Assembly (NCBI RefSeq): GCF_009914755.1
Contig: NC_060929.1
DNA: 64,000 bases
Reading direction: 5' to 3' (one strand)
From: the human T2T-CHM13v2.0 reference genome, Homo sapiens
Numbering within the stretch: the stretch's first letter is position 1; every line of letters starts with the position of its first letter. This document shows, piece by piece, positions 1-18,560 of this stretch. Under the pieces are notes generated by a model. It was not told the origin of the DNA. It worked only from the letters and a program-made list of their open reading frames with translations, and did no database searches. Both the position numbers and the translations under genes were made by a program.

Positions 1-952
1 TAGTTTAATTATGACATAGTTAAACAGACGCTGAGAAATTTCAAACCTGGGAACATTTGCCCACAGAGGCACGCAGGCCCTGGCAGTAGCTCTTAATCAC
101 ATTCCTCAGTCAGGTGTCAAGCAGAACACAGGCACAAGCACACAAGCAAGTTTTGTTTAGTATACCTCAAAAAGCCAGCCAAGTGGCAAATGTGGACATC
201 TGTTCTAGACTGTGGCTGTCCTGTTTTTTCAGTCTAATCTGTCAAGATAACCATTTCCCCATTCTCTTAAACAAACACAGACTTCCTTGTTTAAACACTA
301 TAACAGTTCTAACAGAACACACAGCTTTTAATCATTCTGTGTTAAGTACACTGGCAAGAGTCTGAGAAAAGAATCAAAACATCTTAAATGTAAACTGGCT
401 GATTTTGCTACTTTGCAAATCCCAGGAAACAGAAAAAAGAAACCTGAAATTCCAGATAAAAGGAGTACAACATTGTAGGAGAGACTGCAGTGAATTTTAC
501 ATTTTTAATTGAATTGGAAATGCAATTGTGAACCCAGTTCAGCTTCTAATGAAAAGAGCGATCTGATCATGTTTTATTTTTTCTTCGAAGTTTTGCAAAT
601 TTAAGTTCATTTGTTCCAATGGTTTTGTATATATTTATAAAGGCAACACTAACGCTTGAGCAGAGTGATATTTTCAGGAAAGCTATTTAAACACAGAGCA
701 AAGTTACTTCTCTACTAACTCTCTTGAAAGCCCTTTAGCATAAAGCTCTGTCATAGTGCAGAGCACATTTTTTTCCATATAATATTTGAGAATAAAAATG
801 TGAAGGGTGGGGAGAAAACCTGTCACGGTGGAATAAGCAGGAATATTGACAACACTGAAGTTCGGGTGTGCTTCCTGAGCCTCGATACTTACTCTTCATT
901 TCACTTGCAAAATATCCAGGCTCACCCTGAGATATGAAAAAGTTAAAATTTA

Positions 953-1318
<366 letters not shown>

Positions 1319-1399
1319 ATTCAAATTCTACATTGTCCATGCTTGAGTGTGGTTCATGGACAGGTTTTCATCCCAACCAACTTAAGGTCATATCCCGGT

Positions 1400-1841
<442 letters not shown>

Positions 1842-1847
1842 TAGCAC

Positions 1848-2156
1848 TTTATTTTATTTTATTTTATTTTATTTTTGAGATGGAGTCTCACTCTGTCGCC
1901 CAGGCTGGAGTGCAGTGGCACAATCTCGGCTCACTGCAAGCTCTGCCTCCTGGGTTCACGCCATTCTCCTGCCTCAGCCTCCTGAATCACCGGGACTACC
2001 GGCGCCCACCACCACGCCCAGCTAATTTTTGTATTTTTAGTAGAGACGGGGTTTCACCGTGTTAGCCAGGATGGTCTCGATCTCCTGACCTCGTGATCCA
2101 CCCACCTCAGCCTCCCAAGGTGCTGGGACTACAGGCGTGAGCCACTGTGCCTGGCC
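1848..2156 (-). mobile_element. Alu (AluY-like), full length
   Basis: (TTTTA)n tail; AluY-type CACTGCAAGCTC..GGTTCACGCCATTCTCC and CCGTGTTAGCCAGGATGGTCTCGATC. Confidence 0.95.
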
Positions 2157-3039
2157 AGTACTTATTATTAAGCAGAATATCCATTAACACCTGTCAAAAT
2201 TGGACAAAGTCCCAACTGACATAAAATTCAGGTTTAATAAAGATTATATACAACATATGAATTACCAACTTCATAAAATTAGAAAATAATTTAACAGTCA
2301 AAAACTAAACCTGTTTAAGAGATTTAATGCCAGGAGTGTAAGTCTCATGTCCAATTCCTTAGGTGAATAAGTGGCCAGAATTTGCACAATTTTCACAGTC
2401 ATCCTAACACCGCTAGCTGGGCCACAGTGGGACACAAGTGGGACCCCAGTCTAAAAACTCTGGCGTTTGGCTGCCTTGTAGACTGTGGTCCAACCACAGA
2501 TGGCTTGACGGCACTAGTAGATTGGGACTGGCTGGCCAGTCAAATCTTCCACTTGAATGACAAAGTCAATCTTGACAGCAGTGGTAGCAAAGACCAACGG
2601 AAGCTTAGTTTCCATAATGGCAAAGTTCAGGAGTTGGGAGCAACAGGGTCCTGTGCTGAGGAGCCAAGGAGAAACTAGAAAAGAGGTAAAAATTCTGGTC
2701 CTCCAGGAGCTGGGGCAGTGTGGGAAATGGATTGTTTTTAATCATTCTTCATTTCCTTTTGAATCCTTACAATATATAGCCTAATTGAAGTAGCCTGGAT
2801 ATATATTAGTTGTTTTGCAACCTGAAAGAGTCTACCAGATCATTTTATCTTTGATGATTCGGAACACACTTGAAGATCTCAAAACACTTGAGGGTCAGAA
2901 TTGTTTGCATCAGTTATCACGTAAGTATAGATGTCTAATTACTTCCTCTTGAGATTTTATGTCTATATTCTGATAGCTGCTACTAAGCGGTAGATCAGGA
3001 CACTAATTGGGGTCTCTTGGGTCCAACCTATATACTTGA

Positions 3040-3580
3040 TTTAAACAAATATTTATTAAGAAACTGCTATATGTAAGGCACACTGATAAATATTGTGAGC
3101 AGTTAACAAATAAATAAGAAGTTTCTCTGCCATCAAGAATATTACAACTTAATGGTATTTGACAAGTTCACAAGTACTATGAGATAGAATGTGATAAATG
3201 CTTTAAGAGAGAAGCAAAACTTTCACCATGATCCAGAGGAGGAAGAAATTACAGGCACTTGGGAGGAGAAACATGTCAGGAATCAGGAAAAGCTGTGGGA
3301 GGGCATGACTCTAAACACCTTGAAATCCAAGTGAAATTTTGACAGGAAAGGTGAAACCCATGATAGGGAGCAGGAAGAAGTATTGTTTGAGGAATAGCAA
3401 GAATCACTGATTGGCTGCTGTGTAGAGAACTTCTAGTAAGAGATAAAGATGGAAGGAAGCTTAAGGCCAGAAAATGAAGGACTTCAAGTGTCAGAATAAG
3501 GAATTCAGAATTTATTTAGTAAGTAATGGAGTCTGGTGAGGGTTTTGAGCAGGAAATGATACAATCAGCTGAGTTGGAGG
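3040..3580 (-). mobile_element. L2 relic
   Basis: L2 3'-end signature AACAAATATTTATTAAG..TGTAAGGCAC followed by degenerate purine-rich L2-like sequence (GGAATTCAGAATTTATT..GTAATGG..GTTTTGAGCAGG); boundaries approximate. Confidence 0.55.
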
Positions 3581-4512
3581 CTGACACATGCTTCCACACT
3601 TGAATAACTTTTCTATAAAAGTATGACTTTATCAAAATCTTTATGAATAAAATAACACATACCTATAAAATATGAAGAGGCAATAGAAACACAATAGAGA
3701 CTAAGACTGTAAATAGTATAACATCTAGGCATAATGTGTTATCCAATTTGCCTTATCAGAGAAAGATGTCAATTTTCTCTCCTAATAATCACTTGAAGCT
3801 GATTTCGCAACCATTATTCTCTTCTTCACAGAGCATGGAAAAAACTGGTCCTTCATCAGCTTCTCTCCCTAAGTTGCAGGATAAAGTAGTTATAAAGATT
3901 AGGAGCTAGATTGCCTTGAAACTGGAATTTTCATTCATAATTGGCTCAGCCCTTTTGGAGAGCAATCTGGCATGTGTATTAAAAGCTATGGATTAGCCAT
4001 ACCCATTAACCCAGTGTATCCACTTGCAGGTCTCTAGCCTCAGGACATTTTTAAAACAAGGAGAAAGTAATGTGAATTAATATAATCCAATATTATATAG
4101 TATAGGAACATATATGGCAATATGATTCACATAATATATAGTAATAAGATAGTATAGTTTACTTATATATATGTAAAAATCAATAAAAACTTAAATTTAA
4201 AAAAATAGGAAGACCTCTGTATATAAATGATGAACCATCTATTTCATGAACTGTTATACAGCTGTTTTAAATAATAATTATGAAAACTGGATTTAAAAAA
4301 TCCAGCAATATGTCTAAGTATTAAAAAAAAGCATGATTACAAATCTATGTAAAAACAGATTTATACAAAAGAGACTTGATGACAACATATATTTTTTAAA
4401 AATACCAATTGTGTTGGAATAATTTTATTAAGGGGATGGGTTTTTTCCCTCATTTTGTTTTCCAAAATGCTATTATGTTGTCATAACTATCAAAGAGTTT
4501 TTTTTTTTTTTA

Positions 4513-4851
<339 letters not shown>

Positions 4852-7403
4852 CTAGTTAGTCCCTTTAAGGCATGTGAAGAAAGAATCAAGTGGCTGTGAG
4901 GGGTTTCTTTCCTGACAGATCCCATGGGAACTTAAGTTCCAAGAAAACCTGAAGCTGCCAAAGCCACATAGCACAGGATGAAAAATGAGCTCCACGATGA
5001 TTTTGTCCTCTTTGATTCTTGCATGACAGTGCAATCAGAAGGGGACATGAAAGGAAAGGAGGACATGTGTGTGACATTTCATTGAGCTGTAGCTCTAGTG
5101 TGCACGAATCATCAGACTCCACTCTCCAAGGTCTACTCTCAAACGCTAGGCAGATTCTTGCTTCCTCCTTTCCTTTTCTTCCCTTAGGAATGAGAAATAG
5201 GAGATGAGTAACAGAATACTAGGAATAAAATCGATTTACTGGCTGATATTAGCAACATACATTTAGAAACAGAGCTATTTCATTCTCTTTTTAAGTAAAC
5301 CAGTAAAAGTAAAATGTTTTCTGATCAATTAGGTCATCAGTTGAGACCATGATAAAGGCCTGCTTAAGTATTTTGTGAGTAGCAGGATGCAATATATATT
5401 TAATTGCTGGCTACAAATAGTCAAAGTATTATCTCTACGTTTCTTAGAATAATCTTATCTATAGAATAATTCATAATTCTACAATATGTACAGCAACTAA
5501 AAGAATTTTAAAAAGCATTACCATATAAAACACAGCAAATTAAATTACTATTTCACAAGGATTTAAATATTACTCCATAATTAATGTTCCCCATGTACTA
5601 AAACAGTTTTAAAGCAAAGATCTGACTCAAAGGCAATTAGTACTATTAAATGAAAGTTTTTGCTTTTGGGACTTTTCTTATTTACAAGATATTTTATCAT
5701 TAATTTAAATTAGGCAACACTTAACTAGGTTGCTGACATGTATATTGTATAAGACAGAAACAAATATTCTTTTCTGAATTCACTTCTATGTGCAGCCACT
5801 TTCCACTGGTAGTTGGCTGTTCAGACCTGGTCCTGTGTGCTGGAGTTATTTTCTGGGTGTGCAAACATCTTTAACCCTGCTCCTTCTGACTATTGTGAGG
5901 AAGATATACAGAAAGAATGTAGAGTCTCGGCAGTATTTCGCACTTCATTCCGAGGAGGAGGCAAAGGTTAAGAATGAGGAAAATTAGGCAGACAACCATG
6001 TGTGGCCGAAAGAAAGGCTTACTATTCTGCAGAGGCCGATTTCCCTGACACAAAGAGAAGAAAGGCCCATGAATGAGATCATGTCAACTTCCTCTGCTTA
6101 CATAGTAATGCTGGCCTTCTTTCCTTTCGGAAAAACAAGTCATCCATGCACCAGAGTTCAGGGCTGCATTGTAAAATGTTTCCGAACTCCCAGTGACAGC
6201 ACACTGACACAGGTCCAAGGGACAGGTCCAAGCAAGCTTTTCCAGGCCTGGCCTAAGAGCCCTAGAGAATTCTCAGAGCCTATTTTCTGCATGTTGATGA
6301 AATCTAAACCTCTGATTATCCAACAGTCAATGAACTTCTGGAAACATGCTAAATGAATGGACTTGATTTTTCAAGGAGAGTCTTTCAAGAATCTCAAGAT
6401 GGTGTTGGGCTGGCTTTGGGCTCAGTGATAAATTTTTACATGTTAAAGGGAGGTGATTCCGGTTTTTGGCAGTGTCCCTACTCACGGGGGACGAGACTCA
6501 GTAAAATCATTTCACAGATGAACTCTAAGTCAGAAAGAGTTTTTAAAATTATATTTTAATCCATGGATTAGTACACTCAATTTCTTTTATGATTATTTTT
6601 CTCGATAAATTATTTTTGCTCTCCAAGAGTGATTCTAGTTAGGGAATATGACATCAATTCCCAGAGTAGGCATTAACTCATGGTAGATTGGAAGGCTGAA
6701 GATCATAATATTTCATATAAAGAACGAGGTTCCTATAATCTAATGCTGAACAGCATTACACAATTGTTTTATGGGCAAATGGGCCTCTAAGTTACTGAAC
6801 ATTAAACAATAAGTAATATGTTGCTATGGAAATTCTACATTAAAATCAGATGTGTATAAATGTATTCATTTCAATATTTTTGTATGAAATTTTTTTTTTT
6901 TTGCTAAGTCTCTCTTTAAAAAAAATTGAAAAGGCACTGTAGCATTTTCATTGCTTTATGTCAGACTAATGCCCATCTCTGCTAAGGCAGAAATTACTGA
7001 TAAGGGAATAGGGCATTATTCTAACAATACTTCCCACATTCCCTCCTCAAAGTAAGCTTCCCATGAGGTCAGGTATCCCTACAGACTGAGAGTGGTATTC
7101 TTTAGGGTTTCAGAAACAAAGCTATCTCACTCCAGGTAATTTGACAATACAGTAGATGCTCTGTTAACTCACCCCTAAATAGCCAAATTCCCAGACTAGC
7201 TGATATGTTCCCAGCCCTGATTCTTGGCCACGGCACACACATGTCTTGTCTCATCACAAACAGGCTCCTCTCTCCAGACAAAGTATCTGAACACCTTTGC
7301 TCTCATCATTTGTGTTATATACTTAGCAAGATAGGTTGTGTTTGTGCCCAAATCTGTTTATACGGGTTGTCTTTGTTATTATAAGTAGATGACTTATTTA
7401 CTA

Positions 7404-7835
<432 letters not shown>

Positions 7836-8329
7836 CTATAAATGGCTGCTGGGATAGTATTAAAATTTAGGAAAATTTTGTTCTCATATTGCTTCAAAAG
7901 TTTCTTTAAGTTCTTGCTCCACTTAAAGGAAACCAAACCAAAGAAATCATGCAGTTGAGATGTGAATGCAAAAAAAGATGACGCAGAATATGAGTCAATG
8001 GGCCAGAAAGTGTTAGATTAAGGCATATTTATATGTTTTAAGGTAAAAGAAAACATGTAAGATATGCATGTACCATCTGATTCTGTTTTAATTGACTTTG
8101 TTTTTATTAACCCACATACTACCTACCAATTCTGATATCTTGAAACAGGAGGATTTCTACTGTAGTGTGTATCACACCCTAGAGTTTAAGAGCTAGAAAG
8201 CAGACATGGAATTCAGGAAGCGATTTCACTCAAAGCAAGAAAGGAGAACCTGAGCCTCAGTGATGACAGGAAAGTAGGAGGTGTACATAAGAGAAATTAC
8301 AGAGTAGAAGTAACCCATTTGTGACCGTT

Positions 8330-9090
8330 TATGAGAAGGCATTAAGACTCCAAGGTTTGAGTGTGAGTGGGAGGTGGCACCTTGGAAAGACGTGGGGAGA
8401 CCAGGAGAAGCATCTGGTTTAGTGCAGGAAAGGGGACTCAGGTTTTTGATTGATCGAGTTTGAGATGGACAAAGACCTTCAGGTAGAGATACGTGGATGC
8501 TGTTAGGAGGGAGTTAGAAACATAGTTCTATGGAAACATAGTTCTAGAAACATAGTTCTTAGGAAAGAGGTCAATAGTAGAAATACAGGTTTGGAAGTGG
8601 CAACATAGACAACAGCAACTGAAGTCCCAAGGATGAAAGAAACCTGAAGGAAAACCAACAAGAGAAGTGGCCTAAGGAAAAAAACAAAACAAAACTATGT
8701 TTGAGGGCAAACAGTTTAAGAAAAGCTGTAATACTAAGGAGATAAAAGAGCTGAAAAAACAAAGATGGGAATTACCATTGGACCAGGTCTCAGCATCCAA
8801 GGGAGGGGAGAGTTGGGGAAGGGGAAGATGGTCAGGGACATATGCTTCAGGGAAGTGTCACTTAGCCTGTCACCAGGCTCCAGTCATGGAAGCACTCTCA
8901 ATAGAACATTAAGGGAATACACCAGATTTCAAAAGGTGAAGGATTGAGTATCTGGTGAGGAAGAAGAGTCAAGGGCCATTGTAAGCTCAAGAAGCTCAGA
9001 GTGAAGAGAAGGCAGATGGCATTATGCCTTTGTGGGGAAAGTTTGAGTGGTAGTGTTTAAGATAATGAAGGCTTTGGCTGACCATGTTTA
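8330..9090 (-). mobile_element. L2 relic (degenerate)
   Basis: Purine-rich degenerate L2-like motifs (GACTCCAAGGTTT, GAGTTTGAGATG..TCAGGTAGAGAT); boundaries approximate. Confidence 0.4.
8517..8560. repeat. Short tandem triplication, unit GAAACATAGTTCT(A)
   Basis: Copies at 8517-8530, 8533-8546, 8547-8560. Confidence 0.9.
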
Positions 9091-9500
9091 TGGGAGAAGG
9101 GAAGAAAGCATTAAACATACAGTTGGTGAGACAGTAAAAGAGAGGGACCCCGTGGGGGTAGACGAGGGAGAAGCAAGAGAGCCAGAAGGGGCAAACTTGG
9201 CAAAAAGGAAAGGGTCTTCTTTCTCCAAGATAGGAGCCAGGAAAGAGAAAGGGTAAAGAGAGGAGGAAAGTTAAAGTGTTCACATCCGCTAGCCTCCATT
9301 TTATTACTAAAGTCTCCTCACACAGTGGCCAAATCAATGTTTACTGAATAAACGTGTCTAAAGTCATCTGCTAAGTGAGATTATCAAGGATAGGACTGGG
9401 GATTGGAATTGATGCATAACATGTAAGAAGCATACTTACCAAATGGACAACTGATTGATTAGTACATTCAGTGAGATAACCTTTCAATGCCACATAAAGA

Positions 9501-12270
<2,770 letters not shown>

Positions 12271-13819
12271 TAATTGTTATTGATTTTTTTTCAACCTGGG
12301 TAAATATTACATAAATGATCACAAGTACTGTTAGGACCAGAAAAGACTGAATTAAAAATTGCTGGTTTTCTCTCCAGGCTCTCTAGTCTGGTTGGGAAGA
12401 ATGGATACCTAGAGACTCACTTTTCACAGTGACAAAAATGTTGGGACATTGGCCTAGGTAATAATAGCACAGTGGCTTAGGGAATCCATTTTAATGAATA
12501 AATTGCCCTTCTAATTCACACAGCATCGGCCCTAGCTCTTCTGCAAAAGGATTTTCTATAGTTATAGTTGGTGTTTTTAATGAGGCCTCATCAAGCTGTG
12601 TGAGATTTGCTTCTTGAAAAGCAGAGCCTTTTCTTGATAAGAATGACAATGTCCAGCTCCGCCTGTCAGAGAGGCCATCCAGCAGACCTTCCCTACTTAT
12701 TCTCAGCCACTTAAAAAGGTGTCCAATTTAAACATGAAGCGGTTGGATTTGATTTTCCTTTTTAGAAACGTTGAACAGCCGAGACATTTAGAAGGTAATG
12801 TGATAGGACTCAGCCTTTACTAGGTTATTTCAATCTTATGCGGAAGCATTTCAACTGCATCGAGTAATCATGTAAGTTGAAAGAGACATTCTGTTTCTGG
12901 TGTACATGAACACCGCCCACACTGATCTTAAACGGATAGAAGGAAAATATGTTGTATGATTTGAAGAAATGGGAGGCCTTCCGATGCCCACCTCTCCCAA
13001 GATATCTCCCTCATAAGGCTGCCCAAGTCCCAGATAACCTTATTTCATTCCTGCTGAGGAGGTCACTGTAGTTTTATGAGTCACCATTAAAATGAGAATA
13101 ACCCCAAGGGAGAAGATCATCGTTAACACTTTATATATTGGTATATCAAATTAATCAGCCTGTGAGCTGAGGAAATTAGACCCAGAACAATTAAGTACAG
13201 AAAGGCAAAGGAAGCAAGTAGTCTGACCCTAGATATACCAAGCAGGGGAGTAGTTCTGAGTGGCAAACTACCAGGGTGGAGGATCCTGAGCAGCCAGCCT
13301 GGTCCCCCAGAGCAGGTCTAGAAATAATTACATCAGCTGAACAGAGGAGTGCTTCCTTAACTTCCCACCCTAAACGCTGGTAGATCAGGTCCATTCCAGA
13401 AGAAACATATTTCATAAGGTCAGTTACCTTGTACCCCATAGTTAGCTTCACAGATGAAATTCAAGTCAATGACTCCCCTAATCTGTTTTCTCCTTTGGTT
13501 CAGATAAGACCAAAGCATAAGAAAGAGGGGATTAGGACAACAGGTGGACCATTAGACCAGATGATCCTTAGAATCTCTTCTAACATCAAGATCCTAGGAT
13601 TGTGTAAAATATTGCTGAAAGTGTATGGGCCAAAGCTTAGAATTTCAAAGGTGTTTGGTTAGATAAGACAATCTTGCAATTGAGATTTTGATATTTTGTA
13701 ACAAAGAAATTATCCTGCTTAATTTTCTATTATTTCTTGACTGATTTTGAGTAAAGAAATCAGCAGTTTGTAACTATATTCTATTTAGCAGTTGAGAGAT
13801 TCCAACTCCTTCATATACC

Positions 13820-14128
13820 TTTTGTTTGTTTGTTTGTTTGTTTGTTTGAGACAGGGTCTTGCTCTGTTGGCCAGGCTGGAGCAAAGTGGCGTGATCATAA
13901 CTCACTGTAGCTTCAATCTCCTGGGCTCAAGTGGTCATCCCACCTTAGCCTCACAGGTGGATGGGGCCACAGTCACATGTCACTACACCCAGATAATTTA
14001 AAAATTTTTTCGTAGAGGTGGGGTCTTGCTTGTTGCCCAGGCTGGTCTCAAACTCCTGGCCTCAGGTAATCCTCCTGCCTCAGCCTGCCCAAGGGCTAGG
14101 AAAGACATGAGCCATAGCACTGGGACCC
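13820..14128 (-). mobile_element. Alu (AluJ-like), diverged
   Basis: (TTTG)n tail, GAGACAGGGTCTTGCTCTGTT.., CTCCTGGGCTCAAG, second arm to GAGCCATAGCAC. Confidence 0.9.
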
Positions 14129-14179
14129 TCGTGTACCTCTTCATGTTATTTTGAGATAGAAAAAGGAATAGGAAGGAGA

Positions 14180-14390
14180 AAATAATGTTTATTAAGCAAC
14201 TATTAGGCACTTTAAATTAATTATTTTATCTAATTCTCTTTAATACACATTTTCTTTTGTTATCTCCATTTTATAGGAGAGATCATTGGTCTTATGGAGG
14301 TTAAATAACTTGCCTATGAACATAGAATCAGAGGGCACAGATTTAGAGTCTAACCAAATTTTTTATACCAAATCTCATGCTTCTTTAATA
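14180..14390 (-). mobile_element. MIR
   Basis: ATGTTTATTAAGCA..AGGCACT..TATCTCCATTTTATAG..GAGGTTAAATAACTTGCC. Confidence 0.65.
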
Positions 14391-14921
14391 TGCATTGTGT
14401 TCTATCTCATACTTTGAGTTGTAATATAGTTTTTTTTATTGATTCCACCAAATCACTCCACTTTCAAGGATGGAAGTCATGTGAGTTTTAAATGTAGCTG
14501 AAACCCAAGGACATTTCTGACCCGTATACTGGCCTTGCTAAGTACCCTTTATCAAATAAGGAAGTTTTATGGCTGTTCTATTCATATAAATAATTTCAAT
14601 TCATTGAAATATAAACTATTAAAGAATTTTAAGTGCTAAATATTGAAATACAATCCTGTTTGTTTTAAAACATATGTTAAAACAAAGCAAAAATGCCATG
14701 GGGTCCTTTAGAAAAGAATGTAGTACTCTAAAATATTTCCAGTATGACTAATGTTGCATATCTAAATAGGATGCTTAAAAAAATGACTCTAGAAAGGTTA
14801 AGAATTCCTATTCATGTCACCATTGCAGATCTTTATTTACTTTGGTATTTAATTTAAATTTTTACTAATGTAATAAATAGATTACCCACAAATACGGTGA
14901 CAGGCTTGCTAGCAATTATAA

Positions 14922-15089
<168 letters not shown>

Positions 15090-16268
15090 TAAGTCATATT
15101 CTCTGATACAGAGCAAACTAACAAAGTAAGCCATGCCTTTCCTTAAATTAAAGAAGAAGTATATTGTACCCCCCACACAATTTGAAATCATTTTTAAGAA
15201 ACCTGTAGAAAGAAAATGATGTTCATTAAACTGGTTGACTCCATGAGGTCTGAGTCCTATAACCATGCTTCTCCAAATGTATGATTTTTCCTACAAGAAG
15301 AAACAAATAGAAATTGAGTAGTAATTACTTGAGGTTTTAACCTCTCTTCTGTAAGACTTGCTAAGAATAATAAGGCTCTGATCTTGCTTTAGTTCTTAGA
15401 TTACATCCAGCTCTAGAATGTAACAGCCCCTTGAACTGCAGTTACCACATTCAGACTGTACCACCTAATGTGGTCCACCTCTATCCAGCCTTCCATTAAT
15501 AAGCCCAATATGCTGAGTTTTTAGATTAAGAAGTGATAAAGCACAGAATTCATCTACTTTCTACGGATTTAAAGTGCTTAAACCAAAGGAGAAGGGGAGC
15601 TTAATTCCAAGAGCTGCTGATCTTTCTTGGGCCTTAACCAACCTTTTCTGAAAAAGATAGGTTCCAGATGAATCCCAGAGGTGGGATACTCATGCCAAAT
15701 ATTTCAAAATTCTGAACACACTTCTAAGTATCTACTGCTGTCCTATAACGATTTTTGACTTATTATCTTGGAGAAATTCTTATCCATGGATATATATCTG
15801 ATTTCATAATAGACATCAATAGAGAAGTGGGATTTGCTTTGCAGAAATTCACTTTATAGCCAAATTTGCTAGCTGCACATATTTGATAAAGTGAGAGATA
15901 AGTTTATTTATGTTCATATTTATCATCTCTATATCTGCTTACCTCTCTGGGGTTCCTTCAGACAGAATCTGACAAAAGAAAATTGATATAGAGGAGAATG
16001 TGGTTAGTTCAAGAAATATGATAGACCTTATTTGGGAGAGCCCAGCATAACATTTATAACCATCTAGTAGAAGCCTTTCAAAGAGAGTGTATCATTTCAC
16101 TGCCTCCCCACTTCCAATCTTCTCCACCTAAAAAATAAAGCTAACTAATAAAGAAAGTACTATTCTCATTGTGTTATTCTCGCCCCTATTTTACAGACTA
16201 GGAGATAAACGTTTAGTAATGTTATTTGATTTCCTCAAGATCACAAATTTAACAGTGCAGCAATAATC

Positions 16269-16509
16269 TTTTTATTTTTATTTTTATTTTTTTAAGTTCA
16301 GGGTTACAACTGTGGGTTTGTCATATAGGTAAACTTGTGTCACCAGAGTTGGTTGTACAGATTATTTCATCACTGAGGTATTAAGCCCAGTACCCATTAG
16401 TTATTTTTCCTGATCCCTCCTTCCAACCTCCTCCCTCCAAAAGGCCCCAGTGTGTGTTGTTCCCCTCTATATGCCCATATGGGTTCTCATTATTTAGCTC
16501 CCACTTATA
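16269..16509 (-). mobile_element. LINE-1 3'-end fragment (older L1PA, ~PA13-16-like)
   Basis: Poly-T then TAAGTTCAGGG..ATAGGTAAACTTGTGTCA..GTACAGATTATTTCATCAC..TTTAGCTCCCACTTAT. Confidence 0.85.
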
Positions 16510-18015
16510 TCTTAAGGGAAAGATTCTTTCAGGCCTTTTAACCCCAAATTTTACCTTTCTTTCTCATTCATGAAACCACATTGTCTTGTTGGTTTCATCT
16601 AACAACTTAGTGACCATTTTTCTTCTCTTTCTTACATACAGTTCTACTTTCCTTTCCTTCTATTGAATTTCTCTTCTTCCTTCTTTACCCAACTGAGATA
16701 AAATAGTTTCTTGAACTCCAAACACTCTTTGTCTCTAAATTCTCTGATTAGAAATAAGATGCTAGCCAAGCTTTATTTCAGGTCAGAGCAGTCTTTATTC
16801 TGATTTGGAAAACTAAAACTGTGTGTAGTGGGGAGGGGCGGGAAAAGTAGGGGTAGAACAGTCCAGACATGCAGGTGGGATCTTTAAGTAGGACTCATAA
16901 CAACAGCCCTTAAGAAACAGGAAGGAGACCTGAAGCTGCAGAGTCATTCATTTGAGCTTCAGATTATTCGCTTTCCTAACTAATCAATAATTGTTATAAT
17001 TAAAATTGATAGCTGCAAATAACATGACAGAGGGCTTCTGCCAGAATACTGATTGTGTCTTTGGCTTGGAAAGATAGGCAGCAGCGTGGAACACTTATTT
17101 TCCAATTTGCTTTTAGCTGTGTGCAAATTGCTTTAGCTGTATCCAGCTGATTTAGACCTTGCCTGGAGGTGCACTAGATTAATTGGGAGCCACACATTCA
17201 TTGTTTACAGAATGGACTCTGTAATTGGCGAAATTTGTTAGTGCCAGTTATAAAATAACTATATAGTTCTGTTTTTAGCTGTCATTTCATTACTCTTTCT
17301 GTTAGAGGGGAGGGGGGACAATTAGAACCCATCTGATGATTAAGATGGGCGCTTTTACATAAGGATTCAAAGGAACATGTCTACAGTCAATATTTTATCC
17401 AAGCAAACGTTAGTGTGAATATGGTATTGATTTTTTTCAAAAACTGAAAAAGTACTTGAGCACATAAAAGAATTTTTTCATCTTTGTTGTGACTGAGCCT
17501 TAGATAAGAGAGCCTATTTTGTTAGAACTATCAGCAGATTTTTCAAAATGATTCTTTGTTCTCTCTTCTAACTTCATTGGGTTAAATAGAACGAGCACTC
17601 TTTCTTGCTTACTGCAAATGAAAGAAATAAGAAAAATCCTGAAGTCACACTCAGGTGCCCTCCAGTTTGTCTTGTTTCTCCCACTTTCTTCTTTGGGTCA
17701 CAGGGTACCATGGGGACATCCACACTGCCGACTTAAAATACCAGATGAATATGAATGAATATGAAAGTCATTTTTGGCAGAAGGGCATTTTTTAAGAGAA
17801 AAACCAGGTAGGCCAAGGACAAAACATAAGTTATAATTACAGATTAGGAAAACAAAAGTTTTTTTTTAGTCCCTTAAAAAGTGTCTTATGTCAATAGACT
17901 TAAATATGCGAAATGGTAAATTACATCTCCCACACAACTCGTAGATGTTGCAACGCATGCCAAATTGTACATGCTATTCTCACACATATTCAAAAACCAT
18001 ATATATACACAGAGA

Positions 18016-18560
18016 TGTCACTCAGGACTCTGTCACCTGAGTGACAAAATCCCAACTCAAACTCATTTAAGTAAACAAACAAAGGAGTGGAAGAAGAGTG
18101 TGTTTATTAGTTTAGGTAACTAAAAAGTACAGAAGGAGACTGTTAGACACTACCGGATTTATGGGTTCAAAAAGGTATCATGACTCTCTTCTTCCATTTC
18201 TTGGCTCAATCTTATTGCCTGCTAGCTTCACTTTCAGAAAAGCTCTTACCCCATGGAGGTCCCTGTCAGACCCAGATTTATATTATATCTGTTCAGCAAC
18301 TGCAATAAAAAGAAGATGATTCTTTCCTAATAGTTTCAGCAAAATCTCAGACCTATAGTGAGTTACTTGCCCACTTCCTGAACCACACATTATGGCCAGA
18401 AGGGTAGAGTATGCTTATCAACCACACCTGAGCCATGTGCTCGCCTGGGCTTAGAGTGAAGGAGGGCAGTCCCCCAAAGGAACACTGAGGTACTGTTACC
18501 AAAGAAAGTAGAAATGGACACCAGGCAGGGACAACAAAAAATGGCCACAACCCTACCCAC
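18016..18560 (-). mobile_element. MaLR LTR relic (MLT1J/K-like)
   Basis: AGTGACAAAATCCCAACTCAAACT..TAAG terminus; CCCACTTCCTGAACCA..TGGCCAGA internal motif. Confidence 0.55.
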
